Part shown: one piece after another, positions 35,310 to 44,913 of the stretch
Layout of the letters: every line of letters begins with the position of its first letter
Position numbering within the stretch: position 1 is the stretch's first letter
NCBI GenBank assembly: GCA_035504595.1
Contig: DATJRQ010000018.1
Location: forward strand, 5,204 to 69,203
Source: Thermoplasmata archaeon
Lineage (GTDB): Archaea; Thermoplasmatota; Thermoplasmata; Lutacidiplasmatales; UBA184
DNA length: 64,000 bases
Direction: 5' to 3'
Notes under the pieces: generated by a model
Databases searched by the model: none
Seen by the model: the letters and a program-made list of their open reading frames with translations, nothing else
Told to the model about the DNA's origin: nothing
Position numbers and translations under genes: made by a program

Positions 35310-37634
35310 CTACGCGCCCTTCCAGGCGCGTCCCTCCTTCCGGCGAAGGTCGATCCCGCGCAGCACGCGGTCGGGCGTGATGGGAAGCTCGGTGAACCGC
35401 GCCCCGACGGCGTCGTAGAGAGCGTTACCGACCGCCGGCAGCGTCGCGATCAGCGGCCCCTCGCCGGCCTCCTTGGCGCCGAACGGCCCGTCCGGGTCGT
35501 CCTCGCCGACGAGCAGGATTTCCACCTCGGGCATCTGCTCCGGCGTGGGGATCTTGTATTCGAGCAGGGACGGGTTGAACAGCCGTCCGCCGCGGTAGTT
35601 CATCGACTCGCCCATCACCTGGCCCAGGCCCATGTGGATCGACCCTTCGATCTGACCCTCCACCGCGAGCCGATTCAGCGCGCGTCCGCAGTCGAACGCA
35701 GCCCAGATCTTCTCGACGTGGTACTCTCCGGTCTCGACGTCCACGTCGACCTGGGCGACGTACGCGGCGAACGAGTAAGCGGGGGCCGTCCCGGCGCGCG
35801 CCCCCTTGAACGTGCCCCCCTTCGGTTTCGAGTCGTACGCGCCGCTCGCCGTCAGCGCGCCGACCGATTCCATCGCCTTGTGGAGGGCGTGCAGGAAGGA
35901 GACGCCGACCTCCGGCTGGTCCCGGACCTGGAAACGCTCGTGGGCGGTCTCCAGGGTCTCCACGGGCCGCTCCAGCAGTTCCGCCGCTGCCATCAGGAGC
36001 TGCGCGCGCAGCCGCAGCGCCGCCGAGCGCGCCGCGTTCCCCATCATGAACGTCACCCGACTCGAGTAGGAGCCGAGGTCGATCGGGCTCACGTCGGAAT
36101 CGACCCGTTGCACGTGGACCCGTTCGAGGTCCACGCCGAGCACTTCCGCGACGATCGCGGCGAGCAGGGTGTTCGAACCCTGGCCGATGTCCGCCTGCAT
36201 CGAGTGGACGGCGATCCCCCCGTCCATGTCGACCTTCAGGTGAACGGTCGATTGCGGCATCTTCGGCGTGAAATGGATCGGGCTGTTCGACCCCGAAATG
36301 TAGAACCCGCAACCGAGCCCGACGCCCTTTCCAAAGGGGAGCCGGCGGAACTTCGCGTCCCAGCCGCTCTTCTCGCGCGCGGCTTGAAGGCACTTTAGGA
36401 ACGACGTCGAGGTGATCAGGAACTCGTTGACCGTGGTCGTGTTCGGCTCGATCGCGTTCTGCGCCCGGAGGTCGAACGGGTCGCGTCCCATGCGCTCGGC
36501 GAGGATGTCGAGCGCGGTCTCGACGGAGTAGCGGATGTTGGTGCCTCCGTGCGCTCGCATCGCGCCCGACGGTGGACGGTTGGTGTAGACGCGCCGGCCC
36601 TTGTACCGGAAATTCGGTACAAGGTACGGACCCATGGAGAGAACGCCGTTGTAGTACGTGGTGACGGTACCGAACGAGCTCCACGCCCCGCCGTCGATGA
36701 GTGCCTCGATGTCGTACGCCAAGATCCGACCGCTCGCGTCCACGGCGATCCGAACGTCGTTCTGCGTCGGATGTCGTCCGTGGTTCGTGTAGAAAACGTC
36801 CTCCCGGTCGAAGAGGATCTTGACGGGCCGACCGGTCTCGATCGCGAGCGCCGCGCAGACGATCTCGTGGGGGAGCGGGTCGGACTTGCCGCCGAACCCG
36901 CCGCCGACCTCCGGCTTGATGACCCGGATCCGGTGCATGGGGATCCCGAGCACTTCGGACAGGGAACGGTGCAGGTAGTGCGGTACCTGCGTCGCGCTCC
37001 AGACCGTCAGGCGCCCGTCGGGCGTCGCTTCCGCGATCGTCGCCATCGGCTCTGTGAACGCGTGGGTGACGCCGGCGTAGTTGCCGCGCACGCGGACCGT
37101 CTCCGCGGCCCGCGCGAAGGCCCCGTCAACGTCGCCGAAATGCTGGACGACCTCTTTCTGGATGTTCGTGCCGTTGAGACCGCGCGTGTGGATCGGCTCC
37201 TCGACCCGGTTGAGGCCCATCCGCGGGTCGGCGTACTCCGGAAGAATCTCCACGTCGCAGCGGACCAACGCAAGCGCGGCCTCCGCGGTGACCTCGTCCT
37301 GGGCGGCCACGGCGGCGATGATGTCGCCGTTGTACCGCGCCTTGTCCACCGCGATCGCCGTCTCGTCGTGCGTGATCGGAAGCACGCCGAATGCGGTCGG
37401 GTACTTCTCGCCCGTCAGCACAGCGAACACGCCGGGGAGTTCTCGGGCCCGGCTCGTGTCGATGGACTTCAACCGAGCGTGCGGCCAGGGGCTCCTCAGC
37501 AGCCGGGCCACCAGCATCCCGGGCCGCCGGATGTCATCGGTGTACTCCGCGCGGCCCGTCACCTTCAGGGGGCCCTCGACGTACGGGATGCGCCCGCCTA
37601 GGAGCCGGTATTCCGGCGGCGTGCTCGACGCCAT
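35310..37634 (-). CDS. Molybdenum hydroxylase large (molybdopterin-binding) subunit, CoxL/XdhA-like
   Basis: Aldehyde oxidase/xanthine dehydrogenase a/b hammerhead and MoCo-binding domains. Start set to the internal ATG that overlaps the small-subunit stop (TGATG). Confidence 0.8.
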   Translation of the reverse strand: MASSTPPEYRLLGGRIPYVEGPLKVTGRAEYTDDIRRPGMLVARLLRSPWPHARLKSIDTSRARELPGVFAVLTGEKYPTAFGVLPITHDETAIAVDKARYNGDIIAAVAAQDEVTAEAALALVRCDVEILPEYADPRMGLNRVEEPIHTRGLNGTNIQKEVVQHFGDVDGAFARAAETVRVRGNYAGVTHAFTEPMATIAEATPDGRLTVWSATQVPHYLHRSLSEVLGIPMHRIRVIKPEVGGGFGGKSDPLPHEIVCAALAIETGRPVKILFDREDVFYTNHGRHPTQNDVRIAVDASGRILAYDIEALIDGGAWSSFGTVTTYYNGVLSMGPYLVPNFRYKGRRVYTNRPPSGAMRAHGGTNIRYSVETALDILAERMGRDPFDLRAQNAIEPNTTTVNEFLITSTSFLKCLQAAREKSGWDAKFRRLPFGKGVGLGCGFYISGSNSPIHFTPKMPQSTVHLKVDMDGGIAVHSMQADIGQGSNTLLAAIVAEVLGVDLERVHVQRVDSDVSPIDLGSYSSRVTFMMGNAARSAALRLRAQLLMAAAELLERPVETLETAHERFQVRDQPEVGVSFLHALHKAMESVGALTASGAYDSKPKGGTFKGARAGTAPAYSFAAYVAQVDVDVETGEYHVEKIWAAFDCGRALNRLAVEGQIEGSIHMGLGQVMGESMNYRGGRLFNPSLLEYKIPTPEQMPEVEILLVGEDDPDGPFGAKEAGEGPLIATLPAVGNALYDAVGARFTELPITPDRVLRGIDLRRKEGRAWKGA

Positions 37635-38107
37635 CAGGCGCTCCCGCGGGCCGCCGCCTCGATCGCTTCGATGATCTTGGTGTAACCGGTACACCGGCAG
37701 AGGTTCCCCGAGATCGCCCGGACGATCTCGTCACGGCTCGGATGCGGATGGTCCCGCAGCAGCGCCGTCGCCGTGAGCACGAACCCCGGGGTGCAGAATC
37801 CGCACTGTGTCGCGCCGGTACGAACGAACTCCGCCTGCACCGGCGAGAGCCCGTGCGCCGGCGAGGCTCCTTCGATCGTGGTCACCTCGCGTCCCTCGAC
37901 CAGCCGGGCAAGCGAGAGGCAGCTCAGGGTCGGTCGACCGTCGAGGAGGACCGTACAGCACCCGCATGTGCCGAGGTCGCATCCGCGTTTCGTCCCGGTG
38001 AGCTCGAGGTCCTCGCGAAGCAGGTCGAGGAGGATGCGCGCGTCCTCGCACGGCGTGTCCACGGGGTGGCCGTTCAGCCGGAACCTAAGGGGGGCCGCGG
38101 ACGACAT
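37634..38107 (-). CDS. Molybdenum hydroxylase [2Fe-2S] small subunit (CoxS-like)
   Basis: Two Cys clusters, C..C..GxCGxC and CGFCTPG...C.C (plant-type and second 2Fe-2S). Confidence 0.85.
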   Translation of the reverse strand: MSSAAPLRFRLNGHPVDTPCEDARILLDLLREDLELTGTKRGCDLGTCGCCTVLLDGRPTLSCLSLARLVEGREVTTIEGASPAHGLSPVQAEFVRTGATQCGFCTPGFVLTATALLRDHPHPSRDEIVRAISGNLCRCTGYTKIIEAIEAAARGSA

Positions 38108-38930
38108 CCTCCTCCGTAACGGCCACCCGCCGGGGGGCCCCGCGACGACTCTCCCGCTTGGGATGCATCTCGTGCACCAATTCGGCCGCGATCGCGACGG
38201 CGATCTCGGGGGGGCTCTCGGCGCCGATCTCGATCCCGACGGGCGAGTTCACGCGACCGAGGGCCGCGCGCGAGACCCCGCGCCCGCGCAACGCGGCGAA
38301 CATATGTTCGCGCTTCGCGGCGCTGGCGATCAGTCCGATCCGATTCGGGAACTCGGCGATCGACCGATCGAGGACCTCGAGGTCCTTCTTCGCGTCGTAT
38401 CCCATCACGAACAGGTGGGTGAACGCGGACGGCTCGAACACCTTCCACAGGTCAGCGGGCGCGACCACTTCACGTCGGTCCGCCGTCGCGAACCGATCGA
38501 CGCCGACCCATTCGGCCCGGTCGTCGGCGACGCTGTAGTCGTACTCGAGGGTCGGCAGGATCGCGGCGAGTGCGTGACTGACGTGACCGCCCCCCCAGAG
38601 GAGGACGTTCGGCCGCGCGGGCACGTATTCCACCGCGATATCGACCGATCCCCCGCACAGGCTCGGGAGGCCCCCGTCCTTCCACGCCTGGAGGTCGAAG
38701 TGGTGGAGGTCGCCGGTCCGGGACCGGAACGCCCGGGCCGAGAGTTCCCGGACCCGCTCCTCGAGCGCCGCGCCGCCGATGGTACCGACGGACGAACCGT
38801 CGGAGCGGACGATCATCGACGCGCCGAGTTTCCCCGGCACCGACCCTGACGTCTTCACGACGGTCGCCCGGACGAACGCCTCGTGTGCCTCCAGGAGGCG
38901 CAACGCTTCCCGGAGCAGCTTGCGGTCCAT
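38085..38930 (-). CDS. XdhC/CoxI-family molybdenum cofactor insertion chaperone
   Basis: N-terminal XdhC_CoxI domain + C-terminal Rossmann-like domain. Confidence 0.75.
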   Translation of the reverse strand: MDRKLLREALRLLEAHEAFVRATVVKTSGSVPGKLGASMIVRSDGSSVGTIGGAALEERVRELSARAFRSRTGDLHHFDLQAWKDGGLPSLCGGSVDIAVEYVPARPNVLLWGGGHVSHALAAILPTLEYDYSVADDRAEWVGVDRFATADRREVVAPADLWKVFEPSAFTHLFVMGYDAKKDLEVLDRSIAEFPNRIGLIASAAKREHMFAALRGRGVSRAALGRVNSPVGIEIGAESPPEIAVAIAAELVHEMHPKRESRRGAPRRVAVTEEDVVRGPP

Positions 38931-39538
38931 CAGTCCTCCCGACGCGCGAGCCAGGCGTCGTATGAGTTCCGATACTCCTCGGGCGTGTCGATGCCGGCGA
39001 GGACGCCGGGGTCGTCGACCGCGACCCGTCGCACCTGAGGTCCCAATTCGGGCATGAGGGCGCGAATGGGGGCATCGGGCCGGAGCTCGAGGACGTCCGC
39101 TCGGACCCTATCCTTCCACAGGATCGGGTGTCCTCCCTGACCCTGATGCGTCGGCACGAACCACAGCCCGAGCTCGTCCGTCGAGCGCGCGACCTGGAGG
39201 AGCTCAAGGGTGCGCTCCGAAACGAACGGGTGGTCGACCGGCCACAACAGGACGTCCGAGCCGGCGGGCACCGCGCGCAACCCGGACTGGACCGACGCGG
39301 TGCGACCTTCGTACCACTGTTCCGAGTCGACCAGGCGCACGTCCACCTGCCGCAACGCCTCCGCGATCGGCCGGTGGTGGGGGCCGACGACGACGAGCAC
39401 CGGGTCGAACCCCTGCTCGAGGCTCATCTCCGCCATTCGCTGGATCGCCGTGCGCTCCCCCGCGGCGACCAGCGCTTTCGGGTACCCCCCAAACCGCGTG
39501 GAGGCTCCGCCGCTCAGAAGGATCGCCGAGGTGTTCAT
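38930..39538 (-). CDS. MobA-like molybdenum cofactor cytidylyl/guanylyl-transferase (MocA-like)
   Basis: AILLSGGASTRFGG nucleotidyltransferase motif; start reset to an internal Met. Confidence 0.7.
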   Translation of the reverse strand: MNTSAILLSGGASTRFGGYPKALVAAGERTAIQRMAEMSLEQGFDPVLVVVGPHHRPIAEALRQVDVRLVDSEQWYEGRTASVQSGLRAVPAGSDVLLWPVDHPFVSERTLELLQVARSTDELGLWFVPTHQGQGGHPILWKDRVRADVLELRPDAPIRALMPELGPQVRRVAVDDPGVLAGIDTPEEYRNSYDAWLARRED

Positions 39539-39707
39539 CGCACCGCACAGGGATGCGTGCGCATCCGTTGCACCTGCCACGCCGGGCCGGTTAGTTAAGC
39601 CACCGCCCTACCGCGCCCCGACCGGGGTGTCGGAGGTGCCGACCCCAACTCCAAAACGCGTCGGACGCCCTCGCGCGGGTCGCCACCGAGGAGCGCGCTG
39701 GCTCGCA

Positions 39708-39715
39708 TTTAAATA
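39708..39715 (+). promoter_or_regulatory. TATA box (TTTAAATA) ~27 nt upstream of the S19e start
   Basis: An AT-rich octamer in a GC-rich intergenic region, at the spacing expected for a leaderless archaeal mRNA. Confidence 0.4.
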
Positions 39716-39741
39716 GGTCGGCCGGGTGGGCGCGCCACTCC

Positions 39742-40197
39742 ATGACCCATCCCAACGACGTGCCGCCGTCGGCGTTCCTGCCGCGGCTCGCGAACGAGCT
39801 CCGCACCCGGAACGCCGTGACGCCACCGCCATGGGCGAATTTTGTGAAGACGGGTGTGCACAAGGAGCGCGCTCCGACCCAGACCGACTGGTGGTACCTC
39901 CGAAGCGCTTCGGTGCTTCGCAAAGTGTATCTCCAGGGGAACGTCGGCATCATGCGGCTCAGCGCCGAGTACGGCGGCAAGCGCGACCGGGGCAGTGCTC
40001 CCTATCACGCCCGGAGCGGCTCCCGCTCGATCCTCCGCGAGATCGTCCAGCAACTTGAGAAGTCTGGGCTCGTCCAGACGTACAAGACCAAGGGCCGGCG
40101 GCTCAGTCCGGAGGGCACGAAGCTGCTCGACTCCATCTCGCGCGACGTGCTGAAGTCCCTCGCGGTCGACCGACCCGAACTCGCCAAGTATCTGTGA
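39742..40197 (+). CDS. rps19e: Ribosomal protein S19e
   Basis: ...WWYLRSASVLRKVYL.G.VGI.RL...YGG...RG..P.H...GS.SI.R..LQQLEK.GLV... matches eS19. Confidence 0.9.
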   Translation: MTHPNDVPPSAFLPRLANELRTRNAVTPPPWANFVKTGVHKERAPTQTDWWYLRSASVLRKVYLQGNVGIMRLSAEYGGKRDRGSAPYHARSGSRSILREIVQQLEKSGLVQTYKTKGRRLSPEGTKLLDSISRDVLKSLAVDRPELAKYL

Positions 40198-40229
40198 CGC
40201 CGGTACGTGGGGAGACGGAGAGGTGATCG

Positions 40230-40589
40230 ATGGCGCAAGGCGACGACTCCGAGCTGAACGAGCTCCGGCGCCGGCGCCTCCAGCAACTGCAGCAACAGCA
40301 GATGCAGGAGTCCGTCAATCCCCAAGCCTACGCCGCGCAGGAGGCCGAGATGGCGCGCCGCGAGGCGGAGCGCGCCGACGCCCTGCGACGCATCCTGACT
40401 CCCGAGGCTCGCGAACGGCTCGGACGGATCCGGCTCGCGAAGCCCGACGTCGCGGCGTCGGTCGAACAGCAACTGTTGCAGCTCGCCGCGTCCGGACGGC
40501 TTCAGCGCCAGGTCGACGACGCGACGCTCCGCTCGCTCCTCGAGCGTATCATGCCCGAACGGCGCGACATCACGATCACGCGGCGGTGA
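40230..40589 (+). CDS. PDCD5/TFAR19-like double-stranded DNA-binding protein
   Basis: Gln/Arg-rich N-terminus + RILTPEARERLGRIRLAKPD...LLERI pattern; conserved neighbour of S19e/L39e/L31e. Confidence 0.8.
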   Translation: MAQGDDSELNELRRRRLQQLQQQQMQESVNPQAYAAQEAEMARREAERADALRRILTPEARERLGRIRLAKPDVAASVEQQLLQLAASGRLQRQVDDATLRSLLERIMPERRDITITRR

Positions 40590-40600
40590 GGTAGGTTCCG

Positions 40601-40759
40601 ATGGCGAATCGCCGAAAGAGTCTCGCGCGCAAGGTCCGTCTGTTCCGTGTCGTCAAGGGCAACCGCCGGGTGCCCGCCTGGGTCATGCAGCGGACGAACC
40701 GCCGCGTCACGCGCCATCCGAAGCGCCACACCTGGAAGCGGGGCCACCTGCACAAGTAG
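40601..40759 (+). CDS. rpl39e: Ribosomal protein L39e (52 aa; below the ORF-track size cutoff)
   Basis: Manual translation MANRRKSLARKVRLFRVVKGNRRVPAWVMQRTNRRVTRHPKRHTWKRGHLHK matches eL39. Confidence 0.85.
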   Translation: MANRRKSLARKVRLFRVVKGNRRVPAWVMQRTNRRVTRHPKRHTWKRGHLHK

Positions 40760-40783
40760 TGAGTCCTGATCCCGAGGTTCTCG

Positions 40784-41089
40784 ATGGCTCCCAAGACCAA
40801 GAAAACGACCGAACGCCGCGGCGAAGAGCTCGAGCGCGAGTACGTCATCCCACTCCGCGCGAGCATGCACCAGCCGAGCCGTCGCCGGCGCGCCGGGCAC
40901 GCGCTCGAGACGGTGCGCCGGTTCGTCGTTCGGCACATGAAGGGCCGGAGCGAGGACGTCTGGATCGACCCGCGCCTGAACGAGCACATCTGGGAGCGGG
41001 GCGTCCAGCACATCCCCTCCTACGTCCGCGTGAAGGCGATCCGCTTCGAGGACGGCCTGATCGAAGTCGACCTCCTTGCGGCCGAGTAG
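40784..41089 (+). CDS. rpl31e: Ribosomal protein L31e
   Basis: YVIPLR...DPRLNEHIWERG...VRVKA..FEDG.IEVDL matches eL31. Confidence 0.9.
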   Translation: MAPKTKKTTERRGEELEREYVIPLRASMHQPSRRRRAGHALETVRRFVVRHMKGRSEDVWIDPRLNEHIWERGVQHIPSYVRVKAIRFEDGLIEVDLLAAE

Positions 41090-41112
41090 ACGGCGCGCCG
41101 GGGGCCCATCGC

Positions 41113-41778
41113 GTGCCGGTCGGTCGGACCCTGTTCGGCGGAAGCCCCTATCTCGGGGTGTACTTGCGCGTCGGCGAGACCACCGCCCTCGTCCCCCCGG
41201 GAGCGTACGCTCCCCTCGAGCGAGAGGTCGAGCGGACCCTCGGCGTTCGCATCGTCCGCTCGACGGTCGCGGACAGCGAGGTCGTCGGCGCGCTCCTCGC
41301 GCTCAACTCGAACGGCGTCGTCGTCGGCGACGAGCTCGACCCCGAGGAGGAGAGGGCGCTGTCGGCGTTCGGCCGGGTCTCGGTCGTCCGGCAGCGGCAG
41401 AACGCCATGGGGAACAACATCCTCGCGAACGACCACGGGGCGGTCGTCCATCCGGAGCTGTCGGATTCGGCCGTCGCGGCGATCGCCGAGGCGCTCGCGG
41501 TCCCGGTCCGCCGCAGCACGATCGCCGGGCTCGGCACGGTCGGGATGGCCGGGATCGCGACGAACCGCGGCGTCGTGGTGCACCCGAAGGCGACCGACCG
41601 CGAGGCGCTCGTCCTCGAGGAGGCGCTCGGCGTCCCGGTGCACCGCTCCACCGCCAACTTCGGGGTCCCGATCGTCGGGGCGTGCGTCGTCGCGAACTCC
41701 CACGGCCTGTTGATGGGCCGGCCGACGACCGCTGTGGAAGTTTCCCACCTGCAGGAAGGCCTGCAGCTGTTCGAGTAG
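41113..41778 (+). CDS. eif6: Translation initiation factor 6 (aIF6)
   Basis: Five-fold pseudo-repeats with G..VV.P / ..VG.A..N motifs; GTG start inferred downstream of L31e, so the ORF-track start inside L39e was rejected. Confidence 0.85.
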   Translation: MPVGRTLFGGSPYLGVYLRVGETTALVPPGAYAPLEREVERTLGVRIVRSTVADSEVVGALLALNSNGVVVGDELDPEEERALSAFGRVSVVRQRQNAMGNNILANDHGAVVHPELSDSAVAAIAEALAVPVRRSTIAGLGTVGMAGIATNRGVVVHPKATDREALVLEEALGVPVHRSTANFGVPIVGACVVANSHGLLMGRPTTAVEVSHLQEGLQLFE

Positions 41779-41791
41779 ACGCGCGAGCGGC

Positions 41792-42016
41792 CTAGGTTCC
41801 GCGCTTGCGCTTCACGTAGCGGACCGCATAGCCGGCGATCCGGTTCGCGAGCTTCTTGTGCGTCACCTGAAGATGGCCCTCCACGGTCACGCCGAGGTCG
41901 GTGAGCTCGAGGACCTTCTGCTTGTTATGGGCGAAATCTCCGGTGAAGTCGTCCGGGTAGTGCCGGATCAGCTCGATCGCCACCCGCTTGATGTACGTCT
42001 GCCGGATGTTGCCCAT
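41792..42016 (-). CDS. rps17e: Ribosomal protein S17e
   Basis: [20 protein letters not shown]...NKQKVLEL...[16 protein letters not shown] matches eS17. Start reset to an internal Met; a TTTATAA TATA box lies ~27 nt upstream at 42042. Confidence 0.85.
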   Translation of the reverse strand: MGNIRQTYIKRVAIELIRHYPDDFTGDFAHNKQKVLELTDLGVTVEGHLQVTHKKLANRIAGYAVRYVKRKRGT

Positions 42017-42231
42017 GCGGACGCCGCGGACCCCGGTTCCGTTTATAACCGTTGTCCCGCGCCGACCGGGCTTCGTTCTTCGGCGGTCGGAGGCCCCCGG
42101 TTCCGTCGGAAGCAAGATATACCCTCACCGAGGTAAACATACGTCGTGGGCTTGGTCAGGTTCGATTCGGAGGGTCTGTCGGCCTGACCGGTCGGTGCTC
42201 TACCGACCGTAGCTCGACTTTTGGCGCAACC

Positions 42232-43737
42232 ATGGCTGTGGACTCCGGGACCGCACCCGTCCTCCTGCCGACCCGAGAGCGGAACGTCCTGCTGCTCGAC
42301 CTTTCGAAGAGCATGCTCGCTCCGCTGCCCGACGCCGGTCCGGGGCAGCCGGACCGGCAGAAGATCGAGGTCGCCCGGACGGCCGTGTTCCGGATCCTTC
42401 AGGACGCCGCAACGTCCGGGGCTCTCTTCGGGCTGGTCACGTTCACCGAAACGGTCCGGGTCGCGGTCCCGCTCACCGACATCCACCGGGAGAACCTCCC
42501 GTACATCGAGAACCTGATCTCGCTGCTCACGCCCAGCGGCCGCTCGGCGATCTGGGACGCGCTCGCGGTCGGCTCCGACCTGCTCCGGATGGGCACTCAG
42601 GGGGTGCACGGCAACCTCGTGCTCGTCACGGACGGCTGGGACAACGCCTCGACCCGGTTCGACGTCCAGCTCCCGAACGGACCTCGGATCGCGCAGGGCC
42701 GGATCGACCTGGTGCCGTACATGCTCCCGCCCGGCTCCCACCTCACCCTCAAGGTGATCGGGATCGGCAGCGGCGAGGAGAAGGACAAGGGGGTCGACGC
42801 GGCCCGGATGAACTACCTCATCTCGCAGATGGAGGCCCGGGCGGCGCGCGCGGGGCTCCCCGCGGCGTTCAGCTTCCAGGAGGTCACGACCGGCTCCCAG
42901 CTGTTCGCGCAGATGGTGAACGCGTTTCTCGATGTCGGCTACGAGGACGACCGACCGATCGAGGAGCTCCACCCGGAGGAACTCGCGCGCCACGCGGCGA
43001 ACGCCGCGCGGGCCCTGAAGGAGCCGCAGCAGCACGCGACCGTGTCGCGCATCCACGCTCCGCCCACGCCGAACAACGGCAACGCCGCTTCGTACTCGGA
43101 GGCGCCCGACCTTGAGGTCGATGTGCTGAAGACGACGGGCGGGACCACGCCGGCGTACCTGAAAGAACGGTACGGACCGCTCGGCGAGGTCGTCGAGGCG
43201 TACATGAACGGCCAGCCCGACGCCGCGTTGAAGCTGCTCGCGAAGGCGTCGGCCGTCCTCCCGCCGGTCACCCGGTTGTACTGGGAGGCGCGCATCCAAT
43301 TCTCGAACCACGCCGTCGTCGAGGCCGCGCGCGCACTCCTCCAGGCCTGGACCGAGGCCGAGCGTCTGCCCCCGTCGGTGCAGCCGAAGATCCTGCGTCG
43401 TCTCGCGCTGCTCCAAGCGCGGATGCAGAACGACAAGGAGACCGAGACGCTGGTGCGGTTCATTGACGACACGGAGAACCGGCTCGCCGGCACCGATGCG
43501 AAGACCCGGGAGCGGCTGATGGCCCTGTTCGCGAAGCTCATGGAACTCCGGGGCACCTACCAGCTCACGAAGATCGCCTCGACCGGGGACCTGCAGGACG
43601 CGGCGGCCAAGCACGAGGAGGCGGTCGACCAGGTGTTCGGGCTTCTTCAGGACGCGAGGCTTGATTTATCCGCAAATGGACCGGCCGTGGAAGGGGCGCT
43701 CGATTTCATCGAGATCTGTCTCGCGGAAATGAGGTAG
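42232..43737 (+). CDS. von Willebrand factor A (vWA) domain protein with a helical C-terminal domain (501 aa)
   Basis: MIDAS DLSKSM (DxSxS) ...T...D motif and vWA fold N-terminally; TPR-like/helical C-terminal ~250 aa. Start reset to an internal Met, because the upstream part of the ORF overlaps the S17e promoter region. Confidence 0.7.
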   Translation: MAVDSGTAPVLLPTRERNVLLLDLSKSMLAPLPDAGPGQPDRQKIEVARTAVFRILQDAATSGALFGLVTFTETVRVAVPLTDIHRENLPYIENLISLLTPSGRSAIWDALAVGSDLLRMGTQGVHGNLVLVTDGWDNASTRFDVQLPNGPRIAQGRIDLVPYMLPPGSHLTLKVIGIGSGEEKDKGVDAARMNYLISQMEARAARAGLPAAFSFQEVTTGSQLFAQMVNAFLDVGYEDDRPIEELHPEELARHAANAARALKEPQQHATVSRIHAPPTPNNGNAASYSEAPDLEVDVLKTTGGTTPAYLKERYGPLGEVVEAYMNGQPDAALKLLAKASAVLPPVTRLYWEARIQFSNHAVVEAARALLQAWTEAERLPPSVQPKILRRLALLQARMQNDKETETLVRFIDDTENRLAGTDAKTRERLMALFAKLMELRGTYQLTKIASTGDLQDAAAKHEEAVDQVFGLLQDARLDLSANGPAVEGALDFIEICLAEMR

Positions 43738-43746
43738 TTCGACACG

Positions 43747-44913
43747 ATGCCGGCGGTCAAGGTCACCACGAAGACCCGCCGTGCGCCCGGTTCCAAACCG
43801 AAGCCGAAGGCGGCCGCGGTCGACACCGCCCGCATCGCCGTGATCGGGATCCCCGCTTCGGGAAAGACGACGTACTTCCGATTCCTCTCGGGCCACTTCG
43901 GGCTGAATCTGCCGATCCTGTACATCCCCGCGCGAGCGGACGGGGGCCAGATGCCGCTCTACGGGGACCTCGAGAACGACGTCGCGCTGGAGGAGACGAC
44001 GTACGAGACGACCGACCCGACCGACCCGGAAGGGAGCCTCGAGACGACGACGCGGTACTACGTCAACCGTCCGATGGAGGACCGGCGCAAGCTGTGGGTC
44101 GAGCTGTCCGCCGGCCGCGACGAGCAGGGGGTCCTCACGAAGTACCCGCTCCCGACGAAGTTCAACCAGTTCGTCGAGATGAAGCTCCGCTTCCGCTACG
44201 GCGCGGCGTCCGGCGGCGAATCCCGGCCGCTCGAGCTTAACACGATCGACGAGGCCGGCGGTATCATCGCCGACTACTTCACCTACGACCGGCTCTGGGT
44301 CGAGTCGGCGGACGACGAGGTATCCGAGAAGAACTGCCGGGTCATTCCCCACTTCGACTCCTGGCGGGCGGACCGACGGGACCTCTGGCGGCACGGGCTC
44401 ACCTTGCTCGGTCGGTTCGTCCACGGAGCCGACGCGATCATTCTGCTCCTCTCGCCCGCGCTGCCGTCCCTCCGCGACCAGGCCCAGCAGGTCAACCTCG
44501 CGCGCGGAGTGTTCAGGTATGCGAAGTCCCACAACATCCCCCTCGTCATCGCGATCTCGAAAGCGGACAAGCTCAAGGAGTTCTACGGCGAGGTCGAGCA
44601 GTCGGTCCGGGACCGCACGTTCCGCAGCGCGTTCGACCCGGTCGACTTCCTCCTGCGTCGCGACGGCGCCGGTATGGGGACCATCCTCGTCGCCCAGGAG
44701 GGCCAGGGTCTGTCGGTGAAGGACGACGTCTTCCTTGTGTCGAGCGCGGTCTCGACCGGGGAAGGACATCCGCTGTTCATCGGCGAGGGGGGCCAGGAGG
44801 CTCCGAGTGCCGGCACCCAGACGATGGGGGTCCCCGTGATGGTGAACACGACGCTGCCGCTCGCGCGGGCCTGCGAGCGGATCCTTGAGCGTCGCGCGTC
44901 GAAAGGTGGGTGA
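43747..44913 (+). CDS. Atypical P-loop GTPase (G1 GIPASGKTT, G3 DEAGG, G4 SKAD, G5 SSA) with a ~125-aa insertion between G1 and G3
   Basis: The motifs occur in canonical order. The SKAD G4 variant resembles septin/GIMAP-type 'AKAD'. The start lies 10 nt after the vWA stop, and the stop overlaps the next ATG (ATGA). Confidence 0.6.
   Translation: MPAVKVTTKTRRAPGSKPKPKAAAVDTARIAVIGIPASGKTTYFRFLSGHFGLNLPILYIPARADGGQMPLYGDLENDVALEETTYETTDPTDPEGSLETTTRYYVNRPMEDRRKLWVELSAGRDEQGVLTKYPLPTKFNQFVEMKLRFRYGAASGGESRPLELNTIDEAGGIIADYFTYDRLWVESADDEVSEKNCRVIPHFDSWRADRRDLWRHGLTLLGRFVHGADAIILLLSPALPSLRDQAQQVNLARGVFRYAKSHNIPLVIAISKADKLKEFYGEVEQSVRDRTFRSAFDPVDFLLRRDGAGMGTILVAQEGQGLSVKDDVFLVSSAVSTGEGHPLFIGEGGQEAPSAGTQTMGVPVMVNTTLPLARACERILERRASKGG

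Noticed and set aside
42160-42215. Possible tRNA in the S17e-vWA intergenic region (GGTTCGATTC, GGTAGAGCA-like fragments)
   Set aside because: No complete cloverleaf with a matching acceptor stem could be folded on either strand; reported only as a structured element.
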